NCBI GenBank assembly: GCA_002401545.1
Contig: NVTJ01000002.1
Location: forward strand, 1 to 51,037
Length of the DNA: 51,037 bases
Source of the DNA: Alphaproteobacteria bacterium
Lineage (GTDB): Bacteria; Pseudomonadota; Alphaproteobacteria; Sphingomonadales; Emcibacteraceae
Direction of reading: 5' to 3'
Part shown: in pieces, positions 21,101 to 31,211 of the stretch
Layout: each line of letters opens with the position of its first letter
Position numbering within the stretch: position 1 is the stretch's first letter
The notes under the pieces: model-generated
Told to the model about the DNA's origin: nothing
Seen by the model: the letters and a program-made list of their open reading frames with translations, nothing else
Databases searched by the model: none
Program-made: the position numbers and the translations under genes

Positions 21101-22727
21101 TACGGGAATCATTGGCGGCACCATAATCCCACCATTCCTGTATCGATGTCATATGCAGCCGGTTATCGGGCACATTACGTCTGACCCCGGCCCCCCGGTA
21201 GACATCGCAGTATGCCGCCGCAGGGGTCCGCGATCTGTGCGGGGTCATATCGCCCGCCGCATCGCGGGTTGTTTTCGGCTCAATCCAGTTAGCGCCATCA
21301 TGATAGGCGGACAGTTTCTGGACCACGCAGTTGAAATTGCTGATCTGGGTTGATTTCTGACCCGTCAGGCGAATACGCAAGGCGACCAGACATAACCCGG
21401 AAATTTTTACCGGCGGATTTATTTTGAACGACCGCAGGACAGCCACCTGTACCTTGTCGCGGGTTTGATCATCACCCGCCGCCGTTGTTCTTTTACAGCG
21501 GATTTCATACTGGCCCGGTTCGGGGAAGGTAATTTTCTTGTTACGGATGATGGGCCGGTCGGACTTGGCGCTGAATGAATGCGATAAGGTACCGCCAAAA
21601 GTAACAGGGGTGCCAAAGTCACCGGTATTGCCGGTAAAACCTGAATAGCTACCAAAGCCCGCACCAAAAAACGGGAAAAGAATACGCCCGCCAAACCCGC
21701 CGGCACCAAAGACCGCAGGGATCACATTCCAGATAGTATCGCCGACTTTGCGGAATTCAATATTTACCGCCACCGTCCGGCTGCGGCGCTTGCCTTTGCT
21801 GTCGTAAAGTATCAGACCTTCGGTAAACAGAAAATCAATCTGGGTTTCAATTGAATCCAGCGGCGTCATAAATATCTGATCCACACCTGTCTCAAGAAGA
21901 GTACCAAAACCCTCTTCCGTCACCTCGCGCTGATATAATGTCGGGATCGGGTCATCGTCCCATCCCTGCATGATCTCCAGCGTGACGTCTTCAAATTCAT
22001 CCAGATTTTGTGACCCGATTTTGAGGTCAGACAATTCACAAGGCCCCTGTCCGATCAGGAACAGCGACCGCTGATACCGATCATCGCCAACGCTTTCAAA
22101 AAAATTCTGTGCCGCCATATTGGGATAGATGCGCAACTTACCGTGAACCGTGGGAATGGGTTGGCCAAAAGCCAGACGGTTTGAAAAACCGGTGGAAGAG
22201 GTTGGCGTATCCTGTACCGCCGACACCGGGGACTTGAGAGGGACCAAAGCATTAAGGGCAATAAATCCGATGGCCCCGATGGCACCGGCAACAAGACCCG
22301 TGACAAGACCCGCCGCCAAAGAGCCTTCCACCAAACCAAGTGCACTGGCGGCAAGACCCCCTGTGTAAAAAGCCGCAACCGCCACCACGATTGTCAATAT
22401 GCCGCGCAATATCTTGTTACCGTCACCGCCCATGGGGGTATAGGTAATCTCAATATTCACCCCTGGCAGGGGCTTGATGCATTGCCAATATTCAGGGGAT
22501 AATTCTGTCCGGCCATTGTCCGTTTCCAGCCAGACAACAACCCCCGGCCACATGGATTTTTGCGGGACAGCCAGCCCGACAATCTGATCAATGGTGTGAC
22601 CCGGAATGATGGTGAACCGTTGCTTTTCCCCATCAAAAGATACCGGCCAGAATGACACATAACTGGACGTACTGCGACGCGCCATATCCCTCACGGGCGG
22701 CAGTATTTCACCATGTAATGTTTTCAT
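18168..22727 (-). CDS. Tail tip/host-specificity protein J (gpI-like N-terminus fused)
   Basis: 1519 aa; GQPIPTVHG, GQYEIRCKR, FN3-like PPGVVTNL; follows NlpC/P60. Confidence 0.88.
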   Translation of the reverse strand: MKTLHGEILPPVRDMARRSTSSYVSFWPVSFDGEKQRFTIIPGHTIDQIVGLAVPQKSMWPGVVVWLETDNGRTELSPEYWQCIKPLPGVNIEITYTPMGGDGNKILRGILTIVVAVAAFYTGGLAASALGLVEGSLAAGLVTGLVAGAIGAIGFIALNALVPLKSPVSAVQDTPTSSTGFSNRLAFGQPIPTVHGKLRIYPNMAAQNFFESVGDDRYQRSLFLIGQGPCELSDLKIGSQNLDEFEDVTLEIMQGWDDDPIPTLYQREVTEEGFGTLLETGVDQIFMTPLDSIETQIDFLFTEGLILYDSKGKRRSRTVAVNIEFRKVGDTIWNVIPAVFGAGGFGGRILFPFFGAGFGSYSGFTGNTGDFGTPVTFGGTLSHSFSAKSDRPIIRNKKITFPEPGQYEIRCKRTTAAGDDQTRDKVQVAVLRSFKINPPVKISGLCLVALRIRLTGQKSTQISNFNCVVQKLSAYHDGANWIEPKTTRDAAGDMTPHRSRTPAAAYCDVYRGAGVRRNVPDNRLHMTSIQEWWDYGAANDSRTGEPRYTYDALILARTTVNEIIREICTVGRARVASPNGQYGVVRDQVQSVPVNMFTARNSKNLSGSFNLGTPVHGIKIKFANEAKGGQEEIYIAYADGFDETNATEFEELSMRGMVDVARVHDLGRYFLGVLKLRPETLQITTYVDAMHNQVGDFVVINHDIPRHGLSAGRILSLTTDINGDITSITIDEVAAMVAGKEYAVSIRRPSNSNMVVNAAINTVAGDQQLLTFTTPIVSGMAPSVNDLVTFGEKDKVTRDVLITGIRHLGKDYIFELTCVDLANAIHDVEAETFPAFDNSSTPDQEITPPGVVTNLKLTENIIFPAGVAKSEVWATWTAPVGIPIAQFEIYDDDGGVFTLLGNSLDNRYRLPGQMSVDEDITVRVVAVSLAGNKLPVRLATSATILLDGIADAIAALSGLGVTSLPEALKINWNASAALAAKGTHLYRATADVQPTAIYKSFALPIDEFRDDIGSAGQTYFYWVRPYDQDDVIGPWNATPGVSGITGVIDYGNVANGPPAGATVGATWGVDVDGDNKPLDRIAATLTIPGSADNNIWVRILQVTGVNGRGSGILRIAGVGNQDVPGELVFEYNFDWGSSATIHFTGSGPNRLVQFRVSADSPITEKYLDIKLGTFTGINWYNISVIPEKVVSAASITTIPLTKNVTIGAQAVLGAVNLVGVVKGHHFSNEYTQTLRDGSKIVNGQPASDILGNAIDTTKVAGIAAAAIADAAGRAAAGLDSSGVVSQDVPTQYIPSITIDKLISGNLGAIIELTGASRINYRLGGYIKKTGLGFGSSNQFLEWYGPDIAENLMTEANAISYLTTAGDAFFGGSLSIGTLTNGIESSSVAVPTTVETAEFGSNGGTIQINLSYTFNLLGSQESPDPSPTPNPTAVVELWRKLGTAAYTLVTTLNVTGSSTDTFDPDPFLDDYRWTQTMADSLTYTDPDTVTTNRTYKAILTTRTNDGFNFISQRLGVIATE

Positions 22728-22756
22728 GTTTGTTTTGAAACTCTTTTTTTATTGAA

Positions 22757-22845
22757 GGGGGATACCTCCCCCGCACCGTCGGTGCGCCCCCTCCTCGTAT
22801 TAACTCGGGCGGACGCTTGTCCTTGCCTCACCTTAAAAGGTTCGG
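22757..22845 (-). repeat. Structured dispersed element, type A copy 1
   Basis: Minus strand CCGAA-CCTTttAAGG-TGAGG caa GGACaagcGTCC gc CCGA-GTtaatAC-GAGG ... GGGGGAggtaTCCCCC. Confidence 0.9.
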
Positions 22846-23280
22846 ATTTTCTATAAATTCTTTATGTCTATATATGCCCGCCATCCTGCCAACTGGCCAT
22901 AAAATTGACCCAATTTCAGAAACAATCGCCTCTGTGTCTTTCTGGATATGAAAGAATGATTTACCCCCCAAATAAAGGCCCACATGATAAATCAGTCTGC
23001 CAGCGCGCCATCCGATGACATCACCCGGTAACGCCTTGTCGTCCACCCTTACCCACAAGTCAGATCGACCAGATTCAAACAACGGTCCGACCTCTTGAGG
23101 GCTGGTGATATTATCTGCCGCCCCTGCGAAGGACGGTAAAATAATGTCCATCTTTTCTTTATAGACCAGACAATTCAGGCCCCAACAATCAAAGCCGCGC
23201 CGGTCACGACCATGGGCCAAAAAAGGAATATCCATATATTTCCGCACCTCAAACCTGACCCCGTTCAATAAAGTTATCAT
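22828..23280 (-). CDS. NlpC/P60 tail protein (gpK-like)
   Basis: GRDRRGFDCWGL, PGDVI, HVGLY; start taken at MITLL. Confidence 0.85.
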   Translation of the reverse strand: MITLLNGVRFEVRKYMDIPFLAHGRDRRGFDCWGLNCLVYKEKMDIILPSFAGAADNITSPQEVGPLFESGRSDLWVRVDDKALPGDVIGWRAGRLIYHVGLYLGGKSFFHIQKDTEAIVSEIGSILWPVGRMAGIYRHKEFIENPNLLR

Positions 23281-23291
23281 TACAACAAATC

Positions 23292-23359
23292 CTGAGCAAC
23301 CAGCGAAGCAAGGGCGACCGCCCGCCCGAACCAATGTGAGGAGCGGGGGAGTATCCCCC
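23292..23359 (+). repeat. Structured dispersed element, type A copy 2 (divergent, short)
   Basis: CTGA-GCaaccaGC-GAAG caa GGGCGacCGCCC gc CCGA-ACcaatGT-GAGG agc GGGGGAgtaTCCCCC. Confidence 0.8.
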
Positions 23360-23387
23360 ATTTCTTAAAAAAATAGACCCTCACAAA

Positions 23388-23864
23388 CTATCCCGGTACC
23401 ATGCCGGGCAATGTGGTGTTATCCGCTGTCGGGTAGGGATATTTCTGATCCATGAAATAATTTCCCAAAGTCCCTGTGACAAATCCGCTGTCCCACTTCA
23501 CCTGTTTCAAATCCAGAAACAACGGTCCATAATGGGGATTAACCAAATCGCCTTCCATAAAAATTGTCAAGACCAGTGCCACCTCTTCCTTGCCGTGCAG
23601 GGTCCGTAATTGATCCGTGATTTCACGGTCAACATTTGGCACTTGAATCTGCATTTTTGCCTCTTTGCCCTTTTGTTGTGTGGGCAGGGTAAAACCGAAC
23701 TGACTGGCAATATAGTTATCCCCGTTCAGAACCACATCCACCGTATTATGAACAAGCCTTATCGGGGTCGGCAAATCAGGATGGGTGGCCTCCAGAAAAG
23801 GCAAAAACGGCTTTTCAACCTGTGGCGCATAATTATTTTCCAGACCGGCATCGGTGATCGTCAT
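23388..23864 (-). CDS. Minor tail protein, DUF1833-like
   Basis: HPDLPTPIRLV, NVDREI; position between distal tail and NlpC genes. Confidence 0.75.
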   Translation of the reverse strand: MTITDAGLENNYAPQVEKPFLPFLEATHPDLPTPIRLVHNTVDVVLNGDNYIASQFGFTLPTQQKGKEAKMQIQVPNVDREITDQLRTLHGKEEVALVLTIFMEGDLVNPHYGPLFLDLKQVKWDSGFVTGTLGNYFMDQKYPYPTADNTTLPGMVPG

Positions 23865-24223
23865 AACGGCACCACCTGCAATGTCATGGTCAGCATGAAA
23901 TTTCCGGCACCCACGGCAGACAACTTTTGAGTGCCCGGTTTGATTTTATGGGTCTGGGCGACCAATAACGGGTCTTTGATGCCGGTGAAAGATTTATTAC
24001 CCGGCATTAATGTGCTGTCATAGAATGTCCTGAAGGTTTCGGCCTGCACCCAGGTCAGGCGGTGGCTGTAATTCCATTCCCCCCCGGCGACTGTGAACCG
24101 GGTCCGGTCAATGCTCGGCCCCCCGTCGGGCTGAAAGGACGCCAGGTTATCAGCAAAAGGAACCTCCGCGCCGCTAACAAACGACTTATCAGGCAGGCTG
24201 ACGGGCCAGATTTCCGGCATCAC
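23861..24223 (-). CDS. Distal tail protein (gpM/Dit-like)
   Basis: WPVSLP, GPSIDRTRFT, FRTFY; follows tape measure. Confidence 0.7.
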   Translation of the reverse strand: MMPEIWPVSLPDKSFVSGAEVPFADNLASFQPDGGPSIDRTRFTVAGGEWNYSHRLTWVQAETFRTFYDSTLMPGNKSFTGIKDPLLVAQTHKIKPGTQKLSAVGAGNFMLTMTLQVVPL

Positions 24224-27170
24224 GCACCCCCCGGCACAAGGCCAAATCGGGTTTCAAGGGCATCGGATACGTCACCGCCGTTCAATATATCTGATGCCAC
24301 GGCGCGGGGGATGATCACATCAATATCAACCCCGCCATCGGCGCGGGGTTTCTGGCGGGTCTGGGTGCCGGCGGGGGCATTGATCACAGTGATATTAACC
24401 ACCGTGCCGCCGCCCGAAGCCTTAACGCCCAACTTGCCGTCCCGGCCACGGGATAATGGCATAATGGCCTCTGGTCCGGCCTCGGCAAACAGGCCGGTGC
24501 GTCCGCCATTTAACGGGAATAAATGCGGGGTCGTAAATACACCACCGCCCGCAAAGGGAATAATATTACCCTTTGAAAATGCATTACCCATGGCCGTCGC
24601 AATCGGGGGATTGGATAAATTGGAGAAGGTTCCGCCACCACCGCTGCTGCTCCCCGAACTGAGTGATCCGGGAAGAAAGCTGGCAATACCTGAAAAATAC
24701 TGGTAAAAATACTCTGGATGGGCTTGAGCAGCAAGGCATCGGAGACCATTTTAAGCATGGTGGTACGGAACGAGCGGCCGAGCTGCTGTAAAATGCTTCC
24801 CGACGTTGCCCCGGCCGCAACCAGAGTTTCGGTGAAGGTTGCCGCCGCCGACTTTCCGGCCTGGAATCCGGCGTCCACATCCTGCCGCGCCTGTTCAATG
24901 TCACGGGTGGCCTGTTCATTGATCAGCTTTTTGGCCTGGAACATTTCCTTATCGGTGGCCACGCCGTCCTTTGCCCGTTGCCGCCAGATGGCAATCTGGG
25001 CATCCGCTTCGGCGCGAATGGCCTCGGTCACATTCCCCGTGGCCCGCAGGGCATCAATTTCCATACCGGCCAATGTGGCGGCGATCGACGCCCGTGCCTT
25101 GTCATATTGTTCCACCGTCTGGGACAAGACCTTGACATTCTGAAGTTCACCGGCCTCGGTCAAAGCCGACAGAGCCGCCGCATCACGGGCCGACAGATTG
25201 GGGAAACTCTGAACCGAAACCGGTGATATATTATCGTTGGCAGAATTTCTTTTTTCTGAAAAACTCTCAAAAATTGAAAAAGGTGCTGCGTTGTCCAATT
25301 TCGCGAACCGCCGCCGCGCTTCCAGATCTTCAAATTCAAGTAATAATTTCTCCTGCTTCTTAATCTTTTCTTCTATCCGGCCACCAATACTCAGTTCCGG
25401 AAGCGGCCCATCAAGGAATTTTAAATCTTCCCTTTTTGCTCTCAACTCTGCCAAAGTGGCGGCGGCATCTTGACGGCGCAGAGAAATGGATTTGTCTTTT
25501 TCCAGATTTAGTTCTTTCAGGGTTTTGGTTTCACGATCCAGCTCATCATTCAGTTCTTTCAAAAATTTACGATGATCTTCCGCTGCCTTTTCAGCCTCAG
25601 TTTGCCTTGTGGCCAACAACGCCAACCCACCGGCCACCAATACGGCTAATCCGGCAGGCCCACCAACCAAAGCCAATGCGCCACTTAACAGCTTCGCGGC
25701 ACCCGCTGTAGCAACCATCTGGGCGGCGGCTATAGGTGATACAGCAATCATGGCACGCAATCCGATGATTGCACCAGCATTACCAAGTAAGGCCGTTGAT
25801 AACAACCTAAAACCCGCCGCTGCAGAACGCGCGATCAACAATCCCCCCAGAACCTTAATAACAATCTCGCCATTTTCAACCAATGTCACCAATGCCTTGC
25901 TGGCAAAAACAACCGCAGGGGCAAAACTTTCACCAAGTTCTTTACTGGCCGGTATGGCCGCCTCGGTCAGGGCGCGGACTTCCTTGGTGCTTGTCTTTAA
26001 CTCATCGCTAAACCCCTCGGCAAAACCACGGCTCAGGCTGCTCATGGTATTTGACAGAATTTTACCTTCACTGCCCAAAGTGTCATATGCAGCCGCAGCC
26101 TCTTTATTCAAGGCAGTATTTTTAACAAATTCTTTGCTGGACAGGGCCAGGGCCTCTGACACATCATCCACCCGCTTTGCCATCACCGGCAGGGTCTTCA
26201 GCGTCCGAACTGAACTCAGGCCAAATTTAGCCAGCGTTTCCGATATGCGGCCGCCGGACTGGTCAACCCGGTTTAAGCCAATCAGAAATTTCTCAAAGAC
26301 CGCGACCGCGTTATCGCCAAAAGCCTGTTCCAGATCATCACCTGCGATCCCCGTCAATTCAGACAACAGCCGTAATTTTTCGCCACCCTTGGCAATGGCA
26401 TCATCCATCGCGAGGAATGAACGGGTAATGGTGGACCCGGATAATTCCGCCTGAATACCCATGGCGGCAAAGGCACCGCCCAGGCCCGCCGCCTGTGCGC
26501 TGGTAATATCATACGCCGTGCCAGCCGCCGCTATTTCACGGGCCTGATTAACAATCTCAGACTCAGTGGCGGCCATGTTATTACCTAACGCCACCACTGC
26601 ACTGGACAGATTATCAATATTATCCGTGGCTTCCCCGGTGACATTCAATATCCGGACCAGAGATTTTGACCCCTCCGCGCCGACAAGATCGGTCGCACTT
26701 TCCATTTTTGCCATGGTTTCCGTGAACAGTAAAATATTTTGTACACCCTTGACCCCCAACTGCCCCGCACTCTGGGCAATTCCCAGCAGAGATGCCGCCG
26801 CAACCGGAATCCGCCGCGACAGGGCATCCACGTCATCGCCGAGAAATTTCAATTCCGCACCGACAATATTGGTGGTTTTTCCCACGCCAACCAATCCCTG
26901 TTCAAAGGCCGCAAAGCCGCTGACCGATGAAAACAGGCTGTTGATTGAAACATAAGCCGCCGCAAGGCCGGCCCCTTGACGTAGAATCCTGTTCAATCCC
27001 CCTGCCGCCTTATTCATGATCAGCAATTCAGGCGTAGCAGCACGGGCGGAGTTCTCAATCTTCCGCATACTATTCTGTCCGGCTTTGCCGATACCCTGCA
27101 TATCCGCCTTGAACTTGCGGCCCCCTGAAATTCCAAGGCGCACACCTAAATTTTTTTCATTACGCCTCAT
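24220..27170 (-). pseudogene. Tail tape-measure protein split by a frameshift near 24693-24697
   Basis: ORF 24510-27170 is TMP-like; conserved C-terminal FAGGG...AEAGPEAIMPL.R..DGKLGV lies in another frame (24220-24591) joinable by one extra T in a T5 run. Confidence 0.8.
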
Positions 27171-27945
27171 ATTGTCGTACTGCTTTCCTGTTCTCTTTTT
27201 TTGGCAAGACCGGACAAGGCCCCCAATACCGCATCGGGTAACATTTCCGCCAAGGACGGACCGTCATATCCAAGAGCCGCCCCCATGGTGAGCGCTGATA
27301 AATAGTCAAAACCATCATGCAAAGTTGATTGTAATTTATTTAAAATATCCCAGGTCTCTTGACCCAGACGGGTTGTCAGTTCGTATTTTTGGTAGGGGCA
27401 GACTTCGCCGTCTTCGCCTTTTTCGCCTTTGCTGCACGGCGTGTCTTCGTCCCGGCACCCTTGGCAGTATTTGTCACCCCCGCCGAAGTGCCAGTCGGCG
27501 CGGGCGCAGATGCGTTTTTTTCCAGTAGCCTGTCTTCGTAGGGCTTGATGTATTTATCCTGCAGGCTCTCCGCAAGTGCATATTGATTGGTGAATATCCA
27601 GTCGATATTATCAGGGGTCGGCGGCACATCTTTTCCCGTATCCTGATCTTCAACATTCCATGAAATCAAGCCCTGTGTCGCAAAGGCGATCGTGGTCAGG
27701 GCATCGATCAAATCGCCCCGCACCGTCACATCATCCAGATTACGGAAAGAAGACAGATCATCGCCGGCTTTTTTGGCCTCATCATAAGCCTTCAGAATGG
27801 TAAAATACTGCCGCCGGGCTTCATTTGTCGTCGCCCGGAATGCCGGGGCATCAATGGGCCGCATGACGACCTCTAACCCACCAATAAGGATCAGGGCCAG
27901 ATTCGCCCGAACCTGACCCTTTTTACTCAGATCAACCTTAAACAT
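27167..27945 (-). CDS. Tail assembly chaperone GT (-1 frameshift product)
   Basis: A AAA AAC at 27520-27514; -1 frame KRICARADWHFGGGDKYCQGC... ends at TGA 27167 overlapping the TMP ATG. Confidence 0.75.
27376..27945 (-). CDS. Tail assembly chaperone G
   Basis: Between tail tube and TMP; ISWNVED..G...P.TPDNI, LLEKNA. Confidence 0.8.
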   Translation of the reverse strand: MFKVDLSKKGQVRANLALILIGGLEVVMRPIDAPAFRATTNEARRQYFTILKAYDEAKKAGDDLSSFRNLDDVTVRGDLIDALTTIAFATQGLISWNVEDQDTGKDVPPTPDNIDWIFTNQYALAESLQDKYIKPYEDRLLEKNASAPAPTGTSAGVTNTAKGAGTKTRRAAKAKKAKTAKSAPTKNTN

Positions 27946-27968
27946 ATTTTTCTTTCTTGTATTTTGAT

Positions 27969-28035
27969 GGGGGGAACTACCGTTCGCTACCCGCTTACTA
28001 CTTGAGTTCCCCCGCTCGTCACCTCGCTCCCCCTT
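27969..28035 (-). repeat. Structured dispersed element, type B copy 1
   Basis: Minus strand AAGGGGGA GCGA-GgtgaC-GAGC GGGGGAACT...AGTTCCCCC. Confidence 0.9.
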
Positions 28036-28066
28036 ATTGATGTTCTATCCGGAAAGAACTCAGTAA

Positions 28067-28155
28067 CCGAAGACCATCAGGTCTGAGGCAAGGCCAAAGG
28101 CCGCCCGAGCTAATGCGAGGAGGGGGAGCGGCCACGACGCGGGGGATATTCCCCC
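28067..28155 (+). repeat. Structured dispersed element, type A copy 3
   Basis: CCGAA-GACCatcaGGTC-TGAGG caa GGCCaaaGGCC gc CCGA-GCtaatGC-GAGG ... GGGGGAtatTCCCCC. Confidence 0.9.
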
Positions 28156-28166
28156 ACCAATAAATA

Positions 28167-29114
28167 TCAAACAGTATAATCCGCAATCTGGTTTTTAAGC
28201 TCAATAGTAAAAGATTTACCAAGCCCGCTGTCCTTTTCGCCACTAAAATCATAAGTAACATTAATACCGCCCGGACCACTCACCTCGGTAATTGGTTTGG
28301 GAAGCTTCACCTCATGCACCGTAATGATCAGGGACTGTGTGGCGTTGATCTGATATGAGAATTCAAGTTCGACCGCTGTTCTGGCATCGACAGCGGTTTT
28401 AACCGCACCGGTCTGATACCGAACCTGAAAACGGCCCTTCGCCGACTGTACCCCGTCGTCATATCCATCCACCTTGCCATCGGATCGGATAGTCAAATCC
28501 GGGTCAAGGCCATTGGCGATCGTCAATTCACCGCTTTGCACACTGGCCACTTGGGTGCCATCCATTTTAATAGCCCCCTGGAAACTGGACACCAAAAGCC
28601 GCGCCAGATCAGGCAGGGTGGCGGTAACCTGTGATGCCGCATTAGAATCCTCACCCTGCTGATGCACGACCATATTGATCTGGGGCGTCCCTTCCCTCTG
28701 GAACGGGAAGGACATACTTTCCATCTTGATGCCCAGGTGCCCGACATATTCCGGCATCAGGGGGAATCCGGTTTCGATATAACCATCCACCAAGGCTTTG
28801 CCCGATATAAAGGTATAGGTATAATCGTCCACATTATTAGTCACCACCGGATCGCCGCAAAGCAACCGCAAAAAATAATAGATATTATTCAAATCCACTG
28901 TCGTCGCAATATTACGGTTTTGGCCATCAATCGCCCCGTCCGTGGTGGGTGCCGGTTCGCGGCCATTGCCAATTTCCGGATTTTCATCCAATCCCTGGGA
29001 TGCCCCGAGGGATGTTGACACAAATGGAATTTTACGACATGTCGCCATAATTGCGCCATATGATGGCGGAAAGCCAATCCGCATTTCTGCATTTGATCCA
29101 AACGCCTTACCCAT
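28167..29114 (-). CDS. Tail tube protein
   Basis: IPFVSTSLG, N.LD....IR.DG, GPGGI.V.YD; position. Confidence 0.85.
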   Translation of the reverse strand: MGKAFGSNAEMRIGFPPSYGAIMATCRKIPFVSTSLGASQGLDENPEIGNGREPAPTTDGAIDGQNRNIATTVDLNNIYYFLRLLCGDPVVTNNVDDYTYTFISGKALVDGYIETGFPLMPEYVGHLGIKMESMSFPFQREGTPQINMVVHQQGEDSNAASQVTATLPDLARLLVSSFQGAIKMDGTQVASVQSGELTIANGLDPDLTIRSDGKVDGYDDGVQSAKGRFQVRYQTGAVKTAVDARTAVELEFSYQINATQSLIITVHEVKLPKPITEVSGPGGINVTYDFSGEKDSGLGKSFTIELKNQIADYTV

Positions 29115-29137
29115 AACTTATTCTCCTGTTTTTAAGG

Positions 29138-29578
29138 TCATCCCACAGATGACGAAGTTCCATATTCAAATTCTAAATTTATCACGGCGGCCTTGATATC
29201 CGCGCCACCTTCGACCGGTTCATCCAGCAAATCCAGATTGCGCGGCAGCACAAACTGGACCAGACCACCAAGCGTTTCCAGATTATCCTCCGGAAAGGCC
29301 GCCGCCAAGGTGACCAGCAAATCATCAAGACACTGGTCCCGCACCGCGCTATCCGGCTCCTGGATAAATATCTGCAGGTCCGCAGACCAGGTAATGATGA
29401 AATAGGGCGGCGACATTTCGGACAGCCGGCCCGCCTCTTCCCCGTCATACAGAACCACATCACCAGCAGCCGCTACCCGCGAACGAGGGTTACGGTTCCG
29501 CGCCACATCTTGATCGGGAAAAACCAGTCGCAGCTTTGCCAGTATGGCTTCCAGTGCCTGTTCTCTTATTGTTGCCAT
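29138..29578 (-). CDS. Tail terminator/completion protein
   Basis: TIREQAL, LYDGE, TLGGL, GADIKAA; upstream of tail tube. Confidence 0.7.
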   Translation of the reverse strand: MATIREQALEAILAKLRLVFPDQDVARNRNPRSRVAAAGDVVLYDGEEAGRLSEMSPPYFIITWSADLQIFIQEPDSAVRDQCLDDLLVTLAAAFPEDNLETLGGLVQFVLPRNLDLLDEPVEGGADIKAAVINLEFEYGTSSSVG

Positions 29579-29579
29579 T

Positions 29580-30281
29580 TTAGCTTTTATTCCATTCATC
29601 GATAATTGCCGCAGGCAAGCGCCCCTGCGCGATCTGCGCCCGAACCCGAAAGGTTATCTTCCTTCGCAATTTTGTTTTTTTGACCAGAATGAACATCACC
29701 ACTGATGACTGGTTTTTCAGGCTCGACCGTGCCCCAAGACGTTTACTGGCCTTCAACGCCCGTATGCGGCGGAAACCTGTGGTGCCGCGCCCGTCTTTGC
29801 CCTTACTGCCGGACCCGCGAAAGCCGTCCGCAATCAGCAGTAATTTGCCGCGCTTGGTTCTGAACACCCGCAATTTAAAGCCGAACCGTTCTTCAAATGT
29901 TTTTGGCGACAGGGTCTGTTTCCGCCCGCCCTTCGCAGGACGCTTGCCGCCGCGCAGAGCTTTGGCGGCGGGGGTCGGGATGGCCAGATACTGGCCATTC
30001 TTGGCCGTGATCGTCGACCCTTCTTCAAACCCGGTCATAATGGCGGCGGCTCTGGTCCAGACCTCACCAGCCGCATTGAGTTTTTGGTTCTTATAAAACT
30101 TATGCCGCCACGAATTGGCCAGCCGGTTACCAAGCCCGGCCTGGCGAACTTGCCTGCGCATTTGCAATTTCAACGCAATCACCGTCGCCCGGGTGGCCCG
30201 GACCACAGCCCCCTCCGCCTTTTTCACTTCGCGGGCCATATATTTATTCAGGTCACCCTTAAGGGCGGCGATTATACGCAT
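29580..30281 (-). CDS. Basic tail-completion protein (DUF6441-like)
   Basis: AGLGNRLANSWR, GSTITAKNGQYLAIPT, VVMFILV. Confidence 0.7.
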   Translation of the reverse strand: MRIIAALKGDLNKYMAREVKKAEGAVVRATRATVIALKLQMRRQVRQAGLGNRLANSWRHKFYKNQKLNAAGEVWTRAAAIMTGFEEGSTITAKNGQYLAIPTPAAKALRGGKRPAKGGRKQTLSPKTFEERFGFKLRVFRTKRGKLLLIADGFRGSGSKGKDGRGTTGFRRIRALKASKRLGARSSLKNQSSVVMFILVKKTKLRRKITFRVRAQIAQGRLPAAIIDEWNKS

Positions 30282-30284
30282 TTT

Positions 30285-31211
30285 TTAGTCCAGATGACGA
30301 CCGACGATCTCACTGATCGGGATCAATACGGCTTTCACTTGAGTTTCAATTATGATCGGCTTGTCGGTGGCGCGAACATTGGGCAGGGTTAACATTGCCA
30401 TGGCCCAATCCGTATGCCACAGGGTGCCGCTAAAACAGGCGGTCAGGAATTTATGCCGGACACCGATGGCGAGGTACCCGTCCCATCCGGGCGGATTGAT
30501 CATCATGCCTTTGGGTTTCAGGCGGTCCGCCGCCATGCCGCCGTGTAAACTGTCCAAAATTAAACATCCCACCGTATGATCATCTCGGCTGCTGACACTT
30601 TGGGCCAGTAAATGATCAAGACAGGCCGATCCGTCGAGCATTTCATTGAATGTGGTCGAGGTTACTGTATCCGGCAGATTGCTTCCCTTGCGGATAATCA
30701 ATTCCACAGCGGGCAGGTCATCGACCTGTGGCACCGGTAATTTCTTCATATATTGTCGCGCGGCTTCCTTGCCGTAGATTATCCTCACTTCTTTTTGCCA
30801 CGGGGCATAGGCCTGAACCGCCGCCAGATCATATTCGACAACTTGCCGCAGATGAACTTCTGGGTGATTGGCATTGGCGGGAGCAATATACTGTCCCGTC
30901 TTGCGGATCGCGGGCAGGACCACATGAGCAATCCATTTTTTGAATTTCTTGGCTGATTTGCTCCGACTGGCAAAAGTCAATATATATGCACCCGGCTCAT
31001 TAACCACTTTCATTTTATTTTTTCGGCCCGCGACATCATTTAAAATGATGTCGTCAACTTCATCATCATCCAATCTGGCCAGTGCTTGGCTAACATTTGT
31101 TAATTCCAGACACTGACAAATATCTCTGGCAACAAACCACGGCTCACCATCTTCGCCAATTAATGACCTCACGGCAGTTTCTTCAAAATCAAATATTGCT
31201 AATGCACTCAT
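30285..31211 (-). CDS. BRO-N domain antirepressor
   Basis: GEPWFVARDIC..L, VNEPG.Y..SR..AKKFKKW...VLPAIRKTGQY. Confidence 0.88.
   Translation of the reverse strand: MSALAIFDFEETAVRSLIGEDGEPWFVARDICQCLELTNVSQALARLDDDEVDDIILNDVAGRKNKMKVVNEPGAYILTFASRSKSAKKFKKWIAHVVLPAIRKTGQYIAPANANHPEVHLRQVVEYDLAAVQAYAPWQKEVRIIYGKEAARQYMKKLPVPQVDDLPAVELIIRKGSNLPDTVTSTTFNEMLDGSACLDHLLAQSVSSRDDHTVGCLILDSLHGGMAADRLKPKGMMINPPGWDGYLAIGVRHKFLTACFSGTLWHTDWAMAMLTLPNVRATDKPIIIETQVKAVLIPISEIVGRHLD

Noticed and set aside
12606-22727. Diversity-generating retroelement or invertible tail-fibre switch
   Set aside because: No reverse transcriptase, template/variable repeat pair or invertase seen
24220-24591. Independent 123-aa gene
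   Set aside because: It is the out-of-frame C-terminal domain of the tape-measure protein
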